Positions 8,901 to 18,389 of a DNA stretch of 29,052 nucleotides are shown here, piece after piece. The stretch is taken from IMG/VR virus record IMGVR_UViG_2778261515_000007. One strand, given 5' to 3'. The stretch comes from a virus. Lineage: Duplodnaviria > Heunggongvirae > Uroviricota > Caudoviricetes. Every line of letters starts with the position of its first letter. Position 1 is the stretch's first letter. Under the pieces are notes generated by a model, which saw only the letters and a list, made by a program, of their open reading frames with translations, did no database searches and was not told where the DNA came from. The position numbers and the translations under genes were made by a program.

Positions 8901-10217
8901 TCACCTTCTGCCAAACAGATTGACAACATTATTGCCTGTTTGCTGTTGATAGTTATTAACCCGGTCCTCCCAGATCTCAAGTGCTCTGCGTTTTTCTGGC
9001 AAATAATCGTATCGATCATAATGTTTTGAACTGACATCGTTCAACGCATGATTTTGAATACGATCGCGGATTTCCTTACTGATCCCAGCTTCTCCCATTA
9101 ACGTTTTACAGGTCCGACGTAAGTCACGTGCTGTAAAAATTTTAAAGTCAGGATTAAAAGCCCGGAAATACATGATAGCGCGAGCCAGACTGTCCGTACG
9201 AACCGGACGCTTACCATTAGTCGAAAGTGGAAAAATGTAAGGGCTGGATTTTTCTTTTGTTAACTCCTGCACACAGGATAATTCCTGTAATGCTGATTCA
9301 GTCAACGGTATCAAATGCTCTCGTTTATTTTTAGAGACATCAGCAGTCACCAGCAGCGTTTTTTGTTGAAAATCAACATCACACCACTGACTGGCGATCA
9401 TTTCGAAGGGACGTTGCCCTCCGGTATAGATACAGAATCGGATCAAATGTTGCATCAATAATCCAACGTTGGTTGCTTCAGCAAAATGTTCCATTAGAAA
9501 ACGCAACTCTTCAAGTGTCAGCCAGGTATCACCGACTTTTTCAGCAGATGACTGTTTCGGTATCACTGACACCGGATTTGCCTCCAGCCCAAAAGTAATC
9601 CCTGCACTTGTGTTCATCGGATCGTTATCTGCTTTCAGTCCATAGTTAAATGCAGCCATCAGGTAAGAACGGATCCGGTTAGAGTGAACCACAGCACCAC
9701 GCTGAATGATCCCGGCCAGGATATGTTTAATCTGTCCGGAAGTCACATCTTTAGCTTTAGTTTCACGGGGGATCACTGTATAGCATTCATTTTCAAGGCG
9801 TTTCAGAACATCCTGCCATGTCCTCTTATTATCAATTTTCATTTTGTTAACATAACCATGAATCAATGCTTCAAATGAGCCCTGTGATTGATGGAGTTGT
9901 ATCCGCTGCTGTTCTGCAAACTGTTGTCGTTCCAGTTCTGCCTGGGGATCCTTTCCTTCAATGAGCCAGGCACCATACTTTTTTGCCAGTTCATTCGCTG
10001 TGGCCAGTTTCATCTCAGGCCATATACCCAATTGAATGAATCTTTCTTTTTTCCCTTTTTCCACGTAATAGCGGAAATAGAAAATCTTGCTGCCAGAAGA
10101 CTGAACTTTGACACCAAGTCGTCCAGTGCCACGTTGAGAGCTGTTGCTCCAGACATAGAACGATGTCTTTTTTGCTTTCAATGCTCGGATGGCTGTTTCA
10201 GTAAGATTGACGGCCAT
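8901..10217 (-). CDS. P4-type tyrosine integrase (site-specific recombinase)
   Basis: 438-aa ORF with C-terminal tyrosine-recombinase motifs (RDLRRT ... NHALNDVSSKHYDRYDY) and a P4/CP4-like N-terminal arm-binding region. Its start lies ~200 bp from the tRNA-Ile remnant. Confidence 0.85.
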   Translation of the reverse strand: MAVNLTETAIRALKAKKTSFYVWSNSSQRGTGRLGVKVQSSGSKIFYFRYYVEKGKKERFIQLGIWPEMKLATANELAKKYGAWLIEGKDPQAELERQQFAEQQRIQLHQSQGSFEALIHGYVNKMKIDNKRTWQDVLKRLENECYTVIPRETKAKDVTSGQIKHILAGIIQRGAVVHSNRIRSYLMAAFNYGLKADNDPMNTSAGITFGLEANPVSVIPKQSSAEKVGDTWLTLEELRFLMEHFAEATNVGLLMQHLIRFCIYTGGQRPFEMIASQWCDVDFQQKTLLVTADVSKNKREHLIPLTESALQELSCVQELTKEKSSPYIFPLSTNGKRPVRTDSLARAIMYFRAFNPDFKIFTARDLRRTCKTLMGEAGISKEIRDRIQNHALNDVSSKHYDRYDYLPEKRRALEIWEDRVNNYQQQTGNNVVNLFGRR

Positions 10218-10413
10218 AGAACCTCTTTTCTAAACCAGTAACAATCAGAATAACTCGTGATTTTGGGTCAGGTAATGGGTCAGGTAACGATCGTACAATG
10301 AAGAAAAAACGGAACCAAGCGGAGACAGAGAAAATTACATAATTCATTGATTATAAACAACTAATAAAGCAATCACGAACAAACAAAAACAATATAGAAC
10401 GAACTTGCCTCAT

Positions 10414-10460
10414 GACTCATAATCGCTTGGTCGCTGGTTCAAGTCCAGCAAGGGCCACCA
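10414..10460 (+). other. 47-nt 3' remnant of tRNA-Ile2 (anticodon CAU, ileX/ileY-type) = att-site copy; not an intact tRNA
   Basis: GACTCATAATCGCTTGGTCGCTGGTTCAAGTCCAGCAAGGGCCACCA matches the recalled ileX/ileY 3' portion from the anticodon loop to CCA, with one acceptor-stem mismatch. The 5' half of the tRNA is absent. Confidence 0.6.
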
Positions 10461-11210
10461 AATCATTATTTACGTATCAGGAAGAGTTAAGGGTACAAGG
10501 GGTACTCGATGGCGGTCTATATTTCATGACTAACGCCATTTCAAGGAAGAAGTGCGGTGGGTGGTTTCGAATGAGGGCTGGTGTTTTGGTACGTGGCACG
10601 CCACTGCAATGTATTTATCCATCAGTACTCATTCAAAAGTACCTGGAAAAAATGCCTGCTATGCCAAGCGGGCAAATTGCTTACATGTGGAATTAAGTAA
10701 TTAACGATAAAGCCAGAGTATTATCATTTATTATACCCCTTCATTTAATCAGGTTAATTACTCAAATCACTGAACTATTCTCTGTTCGCTCACTGATGAT
10801 AAGTGAGTACCACAACCAATGTATGTAGAACAATGCCGTAGAGTAAGGATGAAATGTCTCTGCCACGCCTTAAACATCTACTACTGACCAGAACACCCGC
10901 CGCAGGCAGATGAGTTTTGTGAGCGTTACAGGAGCGTGGCTATGCTCATTAACCAACGCTATTGAGATATAAATTTCTAACACTTGAAAAACGATTTTCA
11001 CTAATAAATTATAACGGTTTTTTTTATCATACAGCGAAATAACCTTTTGTTTATTAAATTTAACATTCCTGTGCTAATTTAATTAAAAGTTCCATGCGTA
11101 GCAAGTGAAGCAGTTAATGTCAGTAATTGTCTCAAATGAGCGTTTTTTTATAGTGACAAACAGTAATAACATTAAAAATAGCCATGTAGACATTAATTGA
11201 GGAATAGACA

Positions 11211-11693
11211 ATGTTAGTTAGTAAAAGCAACGGATTTAACGCTAGCGCAGTTTTGGGTAGTGGAAGTTATAATGAAAATAAATCTTCTAAACACATGGAG
11301 CTACTAGCTCATAGTATTTTAAAATTAATTTGTAAGGAAGCTGCATCAGAGACGTATCGCGGTGCTCTTGAAACTTTACAAAAAATGATGTCTGAATGTA
11401 TATATCAAGAAGGCAACGCCTTTGTCATTATGGGAGCTGGAGAACAATTAAAACGTATTAAATATGAAGTTGGTGAAAATAACTTAAAGGTATTCAACGT
11501 ACACTTTAATAATAATCACGAGTTAGTTAGTTCTGGTGAGCCTGACGTAATATGTTTAAGCAAGCAGGTCTGGGAAAATCTTCTCATTAAACTAAAGCTG
11601 GAAAACAATGAAAATGTGTTTTCTGAAACTAAAAAATTATCGAATAAAAATAATGCCGATCAGTTTTTTGAATGCGCTAAAAGAAATGAATAG
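11211..11693 (+). CDS. Hypothetical protein (160 aa), AT-rich
   Basis: ORF with SD GAGGA 8 nt upstream of the ATG. No motif recognised. Confidence 0.5.
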   Translation: MLVSKSNGFNASAVLGSGSYNENKSSKHMELLAHSILKLICKEAASETYRGALETLQKMMSECIYQEGNAFVIMGAGEQLKRIKYEVGENNLKVFNVHFNNNHELVSSGEPDVICLSKQVWENLLIKLKLENNENVFSETKKLSNKNNADQFFECAKRNE

Positions 11694-11792
11694 AACCTTT
11701 TCGATAATATAAGAAAAAGTGATTTTCATGTTGGTTTACTTAAGCCAAGTAGTACGCGTAGTGTTATTTTAGAAACGCCGCCAAATGTCTGT

Positions 11793-12584
11793 ATGGAATC
11801 ACGTAATTCATATGAAAACAAAATAGATGAGATTTCATCTTTGTCAGAGTCAAAGGAACACCCCATAGATATTCAAGAAAAAAAAGATGCGTTTGTGAAT
11901 GAGTTCAAGGGGGTATTATTTGATAAAAATACAAGGTCTTCAGAGCTTCTGTTTAATTTTTATGAGTGTTGCTATAAGTTTTTACCAAGAGCTCAGCCTC
12001 AAGATAAAATCGATAGCTATAATTCAGCACTGCAAGCTTTTTCCATTTTTTGTTCATCTACGTTGACACATAATAATATAGGCTTTGATTTCAAATTATT
12101 TCCTGAAGTCAAGCTGTCTGGAGAACATCTTGAAACGGTATTCAAATACAAAAATGGCGATGATGTCCGGGAGATAGCCAAAATTAACATTACTCTCCAA
12201 AAAGAAGAGGGTGGTTTATATAATTTACGTGGATTGGATTTTAAGGGGTGCTTCTTTTCTGGACAGAACTTCAGTAACTATGATATTCAATATGTGAACT
12301 GGGGAACGTCATTGTTTGATGTTGATACTCCGTGTATTTTTAATGCGCCTGCTTACAACAAGAGTAATGAAAAATCATTAAAACCTGTGAGCGAAAACGG
12401 TTTAAGTGGAGTATTGACTGATCGTAATAATAAAATAAAACTCATCACGGGCGTGGCACCATTCGATGATATTTTATTTATGGATGATGACTTTGATGAT
12501 AGTTCCTCTGAGGATGATCCCGTTGAGAATAGTCCTGTTGTGACTAGTCCCGTTGTATCAAGTTCTAAAAGCAGTTTTCAATGA
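11793..12584 (+). CDS. Hypothetical protein (263 aa) with pentapeptide-like periodic segment and acidic/Ser-Pro-rich C-terminal tail; positionally equivalent to K-12 ypjB (unverified)
   Basis: Segment RGLDF KGCFF SGQNF SNYDI QYVNW GTSLF has a hydrophobic residue at every fifth position. C-terminus reads DDDFDDSSSEDDPVENSPVVTSPVV. RBS is weak. Confidence 0.5.
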   Translation: MESRNSYENKIDEISSLSESKEHPIDIQEKKDAFVNEFKGVLFDKNTRSSELLFNFYECCYKFLPRAQPQDKIDSYNSALQAFSIFCSSTLTHNNIGFDFKLFPEVKLSGEHLETVFKYKNGDDVREIAKINITLQKEEGGLYNLRGLDFKGCFFSGQNFSNYDIQYVNWGTSLFDVDTPCIFNAPAYNKSNEKSLKPVSENGLSGVLTDRNNKIKLITGVAPFDDILFMDDDFDDSSSEDDPVENSPVVTSPVVSSSKSSFQ

Positions 12585-12853
12585 TTAATAAATGGCAATT
12601 TTTACAAAGAGATAATAACGTAGATTGAAACAATATGTATTATTGATTGAGTAAACGGGATTATTCTTCACACTACATCCATTTTAGTGTCACTACCAAA
12701 GAAAAAGGGGCTACGTTTTCATGTAACCCCTTGATTTATTTGGTGGGCTGGCAGTGACTGAATTGGTGCTGTAATTGGTTGAAATATTTCATCTAATGTC
12801 TGGTTCAACTTTCCTTAGCTGCCTGAAAGTTTTTTGATCTTACCCAGCAATAA

Positions 12854-12919
12854 CAGCGTTACGGTGCACCACGCCTGACTGAAGAACTGCGTGCTCAGGG
12901 TTACCACTTCAACGTAAAA
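12854..12919 (+). pseudogene. IS3-family transposase OrfB remnant (short fragment)
   Basis: Frame encodes [22 protein letters not shown], resembling the recalled IS3-type OrfB motif [20 protein letters not shown]. It is bounded by stops and diverges afterwards. Confidence 0.35.
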
Positions 12920-13157
12920 CCGTGGCAGGAGGTCCGGACTGAAAAAACTGGTCAGGACATCATCGGCAGGGAACGCACTGCTAGTCTGTAAACTGAACCG
13001 ACTGGGGCGCAGTATGTGGCATCTTGTCGTGCTGTTGGAGGAGCTGTGCGAACGTGGTATTAACTTTCGTGCTCTGGCCCAATCTATATTTGCCCAACAA
13101 TGGGGGGACGAATGCTGTAAAAGTAAAACAATCTGCGATCTCAAAGTTATTGTGTGA
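12918..13157 (+). pseudogene. pinH: DNA-invertase (Pin/Hin serine recombinase) fragment lacking the catalytic N-terminus
   Basis: Frame encodes ...[51 protein letters not shown]..., matching the Hin/Pin middle region (TLVVWKLDRLGRS...RGINFRSLTDSI). The N-terminal Ser region is missing and the C-terminus is degenerate. Symbol assigned from recalled K-12 synteny (pinH fragment beside ypjA). Confidence 0.55.
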
Positions 13158-13495
13158 TTTTTATGTGAGCAGAAGATATTCATCAGAAACGATTATGTAA
13201 ATCATTTTATTTTGCCAACTGCCTGATTGTCGAAAGAAAAGAATACGCCCGTGTTTCCTGAATAGATTGACTTTTTTATCCAACCACACTTCAGCGCACT
13301 GCGTTTAAAAAATGCCTCATTCTTATGCGGAATATCACCATTTCATCATGATGTCTTTGATGAGCGGTGAACACAATACACTTGCGCTGTCTCTTCAGGA
13401 TGAATCCCCTGGTCTGGTGCCTGTGGGCTGATGTTGCAGCAAAGCTAAGGTCGCTTAAACGCTACTCAGTATTCACTTTTCAGAGGATGAAATTT

Positions 13496-16400
13496 ATGAA
13501 CAGGACCAGTCCCCATTATTTTCGCCGCTCAGTACTTTCCTTATTGATATCTGCCTTGATATATGCCCCGCCCGTGATGGCGGCCTTTACTACTAATGTT
13601 ATTGGTGTGGTAAACGATGAGACTGTAGATGGTGTCCAAAAAGTAGATGAACGAGGTACAACAAATAACACTCATATTATCAACCATGGCCAGCAGGAGG
13701 TCTATGGTGGGATATCTAATAGTAGTATTATTGAAACTGGTGGCGAGCAACTAGTATCAATCCATGCCGATATTAACGGGCAAGCTAATAATACAACCAT
13801 TAATGGAGGCAGACAGTCAATTGAGTACGGAGGAATTTCTACTGGCACGATAATCGAAAGTGGCAATCAATATGTTCATAAAGGTGGTACCAGCAATGAC
13901 ACGACAATTAAGGGCGGTACTTCACGCATAGAGGGGGGGACTGCGAATGGAACAATCATTGATGGTGGCAGCCAACGAGTAACAACTCAGGGGCATGTCG
14001 ACAGTACAACGATAAATAAGTCTGGCTCTCAGGACATCACGCAAGGAAGTCTGGCAACGAACACAACCATAAATGGTGGTCGACAGTATGTTGAACAGAG
14101 CACAGTAGAAACAACCACCATTAAAAATGGCGGTGAGCAAAGAGTATATGAGAGCCGTGCGCTGGACACGACGATTGAAGGCGGAACTCAGTCTCTGAAT
14201 AGTAAGTCAACGGCAAAAAATACGCATATCTATTCTGGTGGCACGCAAATTGTTGATAACACCAGCACCTCGGATGTTATTGAAGTTTATTCTGGTGGCG
14301 TGCTTGATGTTAGTGGTGGTACGGCAACAAATGTTACCCAGCACGATGGTGCAATTTTAAAAACTAACACTAACGGTACGACGGTGAGCGGTACGAATAG
14401 TGAAGGTGCATTCTCCATCCACAATAAAGTGGCAGACAATGTGTTGCTGAAAAATGGAGGCCATTTAGAAGTATCTCATTCCGCAAACAAGACGATTATT
14501 AAAGATAAAGGAACAATGTCAGTTTTAACCAATGCTAAAGCTGATGCGACCCGAATAGATAATGGCGGGGTTATGGATGTTGCAGGAAACGCGACAAATA
14601 CCATAATTAATGGTGGCACACAGAATATTAATAATTATGGCATAGCCACAGGCACCAATATCAACAGCGTAACGCAAAATATCAAAAGCGGCGGGAAAGC
14701 TGACACAACAATTATATCCTCCGGGAGCCGGCAGGTTGTTGAGAAAGATGGTACGGCAATTGGCAGCAATATTAGCGCCGGAGGCTCGCTGATTGTCTAT
14801 ACCGGCGGTATTGCACATGGGGTTAACCAGGAGACGGGCAGTGCTTTAGTTGCCAACACGGGCGCAGGGACTGATATCGAAGGATACAACAAGCTCTCTC
14901 ACTTCACTATTACCGGAGGGGAGGCTAATTATGTTGTGCTGGAAAATACCGGCGAACTGACGGTAGTGGCTAAAACCTCGGCGAAAAATACCACCGTTGA
15001 TGCTGGCGGTAAACTGATCGTCCAGAAGGAGGCCAAAACAGATACCACCAGACTTAACAATGGCGGCATTCTGGAGGTTCAGGACGGTGGAGAGGCTAAG
15101 CATGTAGAGCAACAATCCGGCGGCGCATTAATTGCTTCCACGACTTCCGGAACACTTATCGAAGGAACCAACAGTTATGGTGATGCTTTCTACATCAGGA
15201 ATTCAGAAGCTAAAAATGTAGTGCTGGAAAACGCTGGCTCATTAACAGTCGTCACTGGTTCCCGGGCAGTTGATACGATTATTAATGCCAACGGCAAAAT
15301 GGATGTTTATGGAAAAGATGTTGGCACTGTACTTAATAGTTCTGGCACCCAAACAATATATGCCAGTGCCACTTCTGATAAAGCAAATATCAAAGGTGGC
15401 AAGCAAACGGTATATGGTTTAGCCACTGAGGCAAATATCGAAAGTGGTGAACAAATTGTTGATGGTGGGTCAACAGATAAAACACACATCAATGGTGGCA
15501 CGCAAACCGTTCAGAATTATGGTAAGGCGATCAATACCGATATCGTCTCTGGCCTACAACAAATTATGGCAAACGGGACAGCGGAAGATTCCATTATTAA
15601 TGGGGGTTCACAGGTAGTTAATGAGGGCGGTCTGGCTGAAAACTCGGTGCTTAATGACGGCGGCACACTCGATGTGCGGGAGAAAGGCAGCGCAACGGGG
15701 ATACAGCAGAGTAGCCAGGGCGCTTTGGTTGCAACCACCAGGGCGACGCGGGTCACAGGAACACGCGCGGATGGCGTCGCGTTCAGCATCGAGCAGGGTG
15801 CGGCGAACAATATCCTGCTGGCAAATGGCGGCGTGTTAACCGTGGAGTCAGACACCTCTTCTGACAAAACACAGGTCAATATGGGCGGACGGGAGATCGT
15901 CAAAACAAAAGCCACTGCGACAGGCACGACGCTCACCGGCGGTGAACAAATTGTCGAGGGTGTGGCGAATGAGACAACAATTAACGACGGCGGAATACAA
16001 ACAGTTTCAGCTAACGGAGAGGCAATAAAAACAAAGATCAATGAAGGCGGTACGCTGACAGTCAACGATAATGGCAAAGCGACAGATATCGTCCAGAACA
16101 GCGGTGCCGCTCTCCAGACGAGCACGGCTAACGGTATTGAAATCAACGGTACTCACCAGTACGGTACTTTTTCCATTTCCGGCAATTTAGCGACCAATAT
16201 GTTGCTGGAAAATGGCGGTAATTTATTGGTATTAGCAGGTACCGAAGCTCGCGACTCCACGGTTGGCAAGGGTGGGGCAATGCAAAACCTGGGTCAGGAC
16301 TCCGCCACAAAGGTTAACTCTGGCGGGCAATATACCCTTGGGCGGTCAAAAGATGAGTTTCAGGCTCTGGCCCGGGCAGAAGATCTCCAGGTCGCTGGCG

Positions 16401-18070
16401 GTACGGCAATCGTCTACGCAGGTACGCTGGCGGATGCATCGGTCAGTGGCGCGACAGGAAGCCTGTCGTTAATGACGCCACGGGATAATGTTACGCCAGT
16501 TAAACTCGAAGGGGCGGTCCGGATTACCGATAGCGCGACATTGACTCTGGGAAATGGCGTCGATACCACGCTTGCCGACCTGACGGCTGCCAGCCGGGGC
16601 AGTGTCTGGCTTAACAGCAATAATTCCTGTGCAGGTACCAGCAACTGCGAATATAGAGTAAACAGTTTGCTACTCAACGACGGTGATGTTTATTTGTCAG
16701 CACAAACAGCAGCGCCTGCCACAACTAACGGTATCTACAATACGCTGACAACCAATGAACTTTCCGGTAGCGGTAATTTCTACCTGCATACCAACGTTGC
16801 AGGCTCCCGGGGCGATCAACTGGTCGTCAACAACAACGCCACTGGTAATTTTAAAATCTTTGTTCAGGATACCGGCGTCAGCCCACAGTCTGACGACGCG
16901 ATGACGCTGGTGAAAACAGGGGGAGGGGATGCTTCGTTTACGCTGGGCAATACCGGCGGTTTCGTTGATCTTGGGACCTATGAGTATGTCCTGAAAAGTG
17001 ACGGCAACAGCAACTGGAACCTGACCAATGATGTCAAACCCAACCCGGACCCCATCCCAAATCCAAAGCCAGACCCAAAACCCGATCCAAAGCCAGACCC
17101 AAATCCAAAACCAGACCCTACTCCCGATCCAACGCCGACACCCGTTCCGGAGAAACGCATTACGCCTTCTACGGCAGCCGTACTCAATATGGCAGCAACA
17201 TTACCGTTGGTATTTGATGCTGAGCTAAACAGTATTCGCGAGCGGTTGAACATAATGAAAGCGAGTCCACACAACAATAATGTCTGGGGGGCGACGTATA
17301 ACACCCGTAATAATGTCACCACCGATGCGGGTGCCGGGTTTGAGCAGACGCTGACCGGAATGACAGTGGGGATCGACAGCCGTAATGATATTCCTGAAGG
17401 AATTACCACGCTAGGCGCTTTTATGGGCTATTCCCATTCACATATCGGTTTTGATCGCGGAGGACATGGCAGTGTGGGCAGTTATTCTCTGGGCGGCTAT
17501 GCCAGTTGGGAACATGAAAGTGGTTTCTATCTGGACGGTGTCGTGAAGCTGAACCGTTTTAAAAGTAACGTAGCAGGTAAAATGAGCAGCGGTGGAGCCG
17601 CCAATGGCAGTTACCACAGCAACGGGCTGGGCGGTCACATTGAAACCGGGATGCGATTTACCGATGGTAACTGGAACCTGACGCCGTATGCATCGTTAAC
17701 GGGGTTCACCGCTGATAACCCCGAATATCATTTATCCAATGGCATGAAATCGAAATCAGTCGATACCCGCAGTATATATCGTGAACTGGGCGCAACGCTG
17801 AGTTACAACATGCGTCTGGGGAACGGTATGGAAGTTGAGCCGTGGCTGAAGGCGGCTGTGCGCAAAGAATTTGTCGATGATAACCGGGTGAAAGTGAATA
17901 GTGACGGTAATTTCGTCAATTATTTGTCGGGCAGACGTGGAATATACCAGGCAGGTATTAAAGCCTCATTCAGCAGTACGTTAAGCGGGCATCTTGGGGT
18001 GGGGTATAGCCATAGTGCCGGTGTGGAATCCCCGTGGAACGCGGTAGCTGGTGTGAACTGGTCGTTCTGA
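13496..18070 (+). CDS. ypjA: AIDA-I-type autotransporter adhesin (~1524 aa)
   Basis: N-terminal signal peptide (MNRTSPHYFRRSVLSLLISALIYAPPVMA), long passenger of ~19-aa GG-x-Q/T beta-helix repeats, Pro-rich linker, and C-terminal beta-barrel ending ...VAGVNWSF. SD GAGG is 8 nt upstream of the ATG at 13496; the ORF-track start at 13367 is a GTG with no RBS. Symbol from size and synteny recalled for K-12. Confidence 0.8.
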   Translation: MNRTSPHYFRRSVLSLLISALIYAPPVMAAFTTNVIGVVNDETVDGVQKVDERGTTNNTHIINHGQQEVYGGISNSSIIETGGEQLVSIHADINGQANNTTINGGRQSIEYGGISTGTIIESGNQYVHKGGTSNDTTIKGGTSRIEGGTANGTIIDGGSQRVTTQGHVDSTTINKSGSQDITQGSLATNTTINGGRQYVEQSTVETTTIKNGGEQRVYESRALDTTIEGGTQSLNSKSTAKNTHIYSGGTQIVDNTSTSDVIEVYSGGVLDVSGGTATNVTQHDGAILKTNTNGTTVSGTNSEGAFSIHNKVADNVLLKNGGHLEVSHSANKTIIKDKGTMSVLTNAKADATRIDNGGVMDVAGNATNTIINGGTQNINNYGIATGTNINSVTQNIKSGGKADTTIISSGSRQVVEKDGTAIGSNISAGGSLIVYTGGIAHGVNQETGSALVANTGAGTDIEGYNKLSHFTITGGEANYVVLENTGELTVVAKTSAKNTTVDAGGKLIVQKEAKTDTTRLNNGGILEVQDGGEAKHVEQQSGGALIASTTSGTLIEGTNSYGDAFYIRNSEAKNVVLENAGSLTVVTGSRAVDTIINANGKMDVYGKDVGTVLNSSGTQTIYASATSDKANIKGGKQTVYGLATEANIESGEQIVDGGSTDKTHINGGTQTVQNYGKAINTDIVSGLQQIMANGTAEDSIINGGSQVVNEGGLAENSVLNDGGTLDVREKGSATGIQQSSQGALVATTRATRVTGTRADGVAFSIEQGAANNILLANGGVLTVESDTSSDKTQVNMGGREIVKTKATATGTTLTGGEQIVEGVANETTINDGGIQTVSANGEAIKTKINEGGTLTVNDNGKATDIVQNSGAALQTSTANGIEINGTHQYGTFSISGNLATNMLLENGGNLLVLAGTEARDSTVGKGGAMQNLGQDSATKVNSGGQYTLGRSKDEFQALARAEDLQVAGGTAIVYAGTLADASVSGATGSLSLMTPRDNVTPVKLEGAVRITDSATLTLGNGVDTTLADLTAASRGSVWLNSNNSCAGTSNCEYRVNSLLLNDGDVYLSAQTAAPATTNGIYNTLTTNELSGSGNFYLHTNVAGSRGDQLVVNNNATGNFKIFVQDTGVSPQSDDAMTLVKTGGGDASFTLGNTGGFVDLGTYEYVLKSDGNSNWNLTNDVKPNPDPIPNPKPDPKPDPKPDPNPKPDPTPDPTPTPVPEKRITPSTAAVLNMAATLPLVFDAELNSIRERLNIMKASPHNNNVWGATYNTRNNVTTDAGAGFEQTLTGMTVGIDSRNDIPEGITTLGAFMGYSHSHIGFDRGGHGSVGSYSLGGYASWEHESGFYLDGVVKLNRFKSNVAGKMSSGGAANGSYHSNGLGGHIETGMRFTDGNWNLTPYASLTGFTADNPEYHLSNGMKSKSVDTRSIYRELGATLSYNMRLGNGMEVEPWLKAAVRKEFVDDNRVKVNSDGNFVNYLSGRRGIYQAGIKASFSSTLSGHLGVGYSHSAGVESPWNAVAGVNWSF
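17037..17152 (+). repeat. Tandem Pro-X dipeptide-coding repeats (PNPDPIPNPKPDPKPDPKPDPNPKPDPTPDPTPTPVP) forming the autotransporter linker
   Basis: Directly visible periodic CCA/CCC-rich DNA repeats inside the ypjA-like gene. Confidence 0.7.
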
Positions 18071-18080
18071 CCATCAACGA

Positions 18081-18109
18081 AAAAGCCCACATCTGTGGGC
18101 TTTCATGTT
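18081..18109 (+). terminator. Intrinsic terminator of the autotransporter gene
   Basis: AAAAGCCCAC-ATCT-GTGGGCTTT hairpin followed by TCATGTT, 11 nt after the TGA stop. A second palindrome GGAGCCGCGGCTCC follows at 18114-18127. Confidence 0.6.
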
Positions 18110-18230
18110 ACCAGGAGCCGCGGCTCCTTTGCGTATCCTTTTATGTCTCCTCACCGTCTGGTCGGTGTTTTGCTGAGACTTCTAACTTCCTGTTTTTGTT
18201 GGTGTTGTCCTTACACCGTCCAATCATGAT

Positions 18231-18257
18231 TGGTGGAGCTGGCGGGAGTTGAACCCG
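18231..18257 (-). other. 27-nt remnant of the tmRNA (ssrA) 3' end = prophage att core copy; not an intact ssrA
   Basis: Minus strand reads CGGGTTCAACTCCCGCCAGCTCCACCA, identical to the recalled 3' end of E. coli tmRNA. Sequence diverges immediately upstream. Confidence 0.6.
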
Positions 18258-18389
18258 TGATCGTGATTAATCCAATTTATTGAATATGAACGATTTATTT
18301 TTTCAAACAATGAATTATGTGCATTTTACGTACATATTGTTGTCCCGGTAACGTCCTGATTCTGTACAACATTTTGAAATATTTTGCCG

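Noticed and set aside
10412-10696. 94-aa plus-strand ORF beginning inside the tRNA-Ile remnant
   Set aside because: It starts within the tRNA-derived att sequence, has no RBS, and its product is compositionally unconvincing. The region is better explained as att remnant plus intergenic DNA.
10461-11210. Possible small RNA or structured element in the 750-bp AT-rich region downstream of the tRNA-Ile remnant (local inverted repeats such as CTCACT...AGTGAG and GCCACGC...GCGTGGC)
   Set aside because: The inverted repeats are short and not followed by clear terminators, and I cannot distinguish a functional RNA from att-arm or intergenic sequence by eye.
12815-13183. 122-aa minus-strand ORF over the invertase remnant
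   Set aside because: The plus strand carries recognisable transposase and invertase remnants; the minus ORF has no RBS and an implausible sequence.
13541-17638. Numerous antisense and out-of-frame ORFs inside the autotransporter gene (for example 15517-16146 minus, 209 aa)
   Set aside because: They overlap a clearly coding, repeat-rich gene and are explained by codon-biased repetitive sequence; no RBS or independent support.
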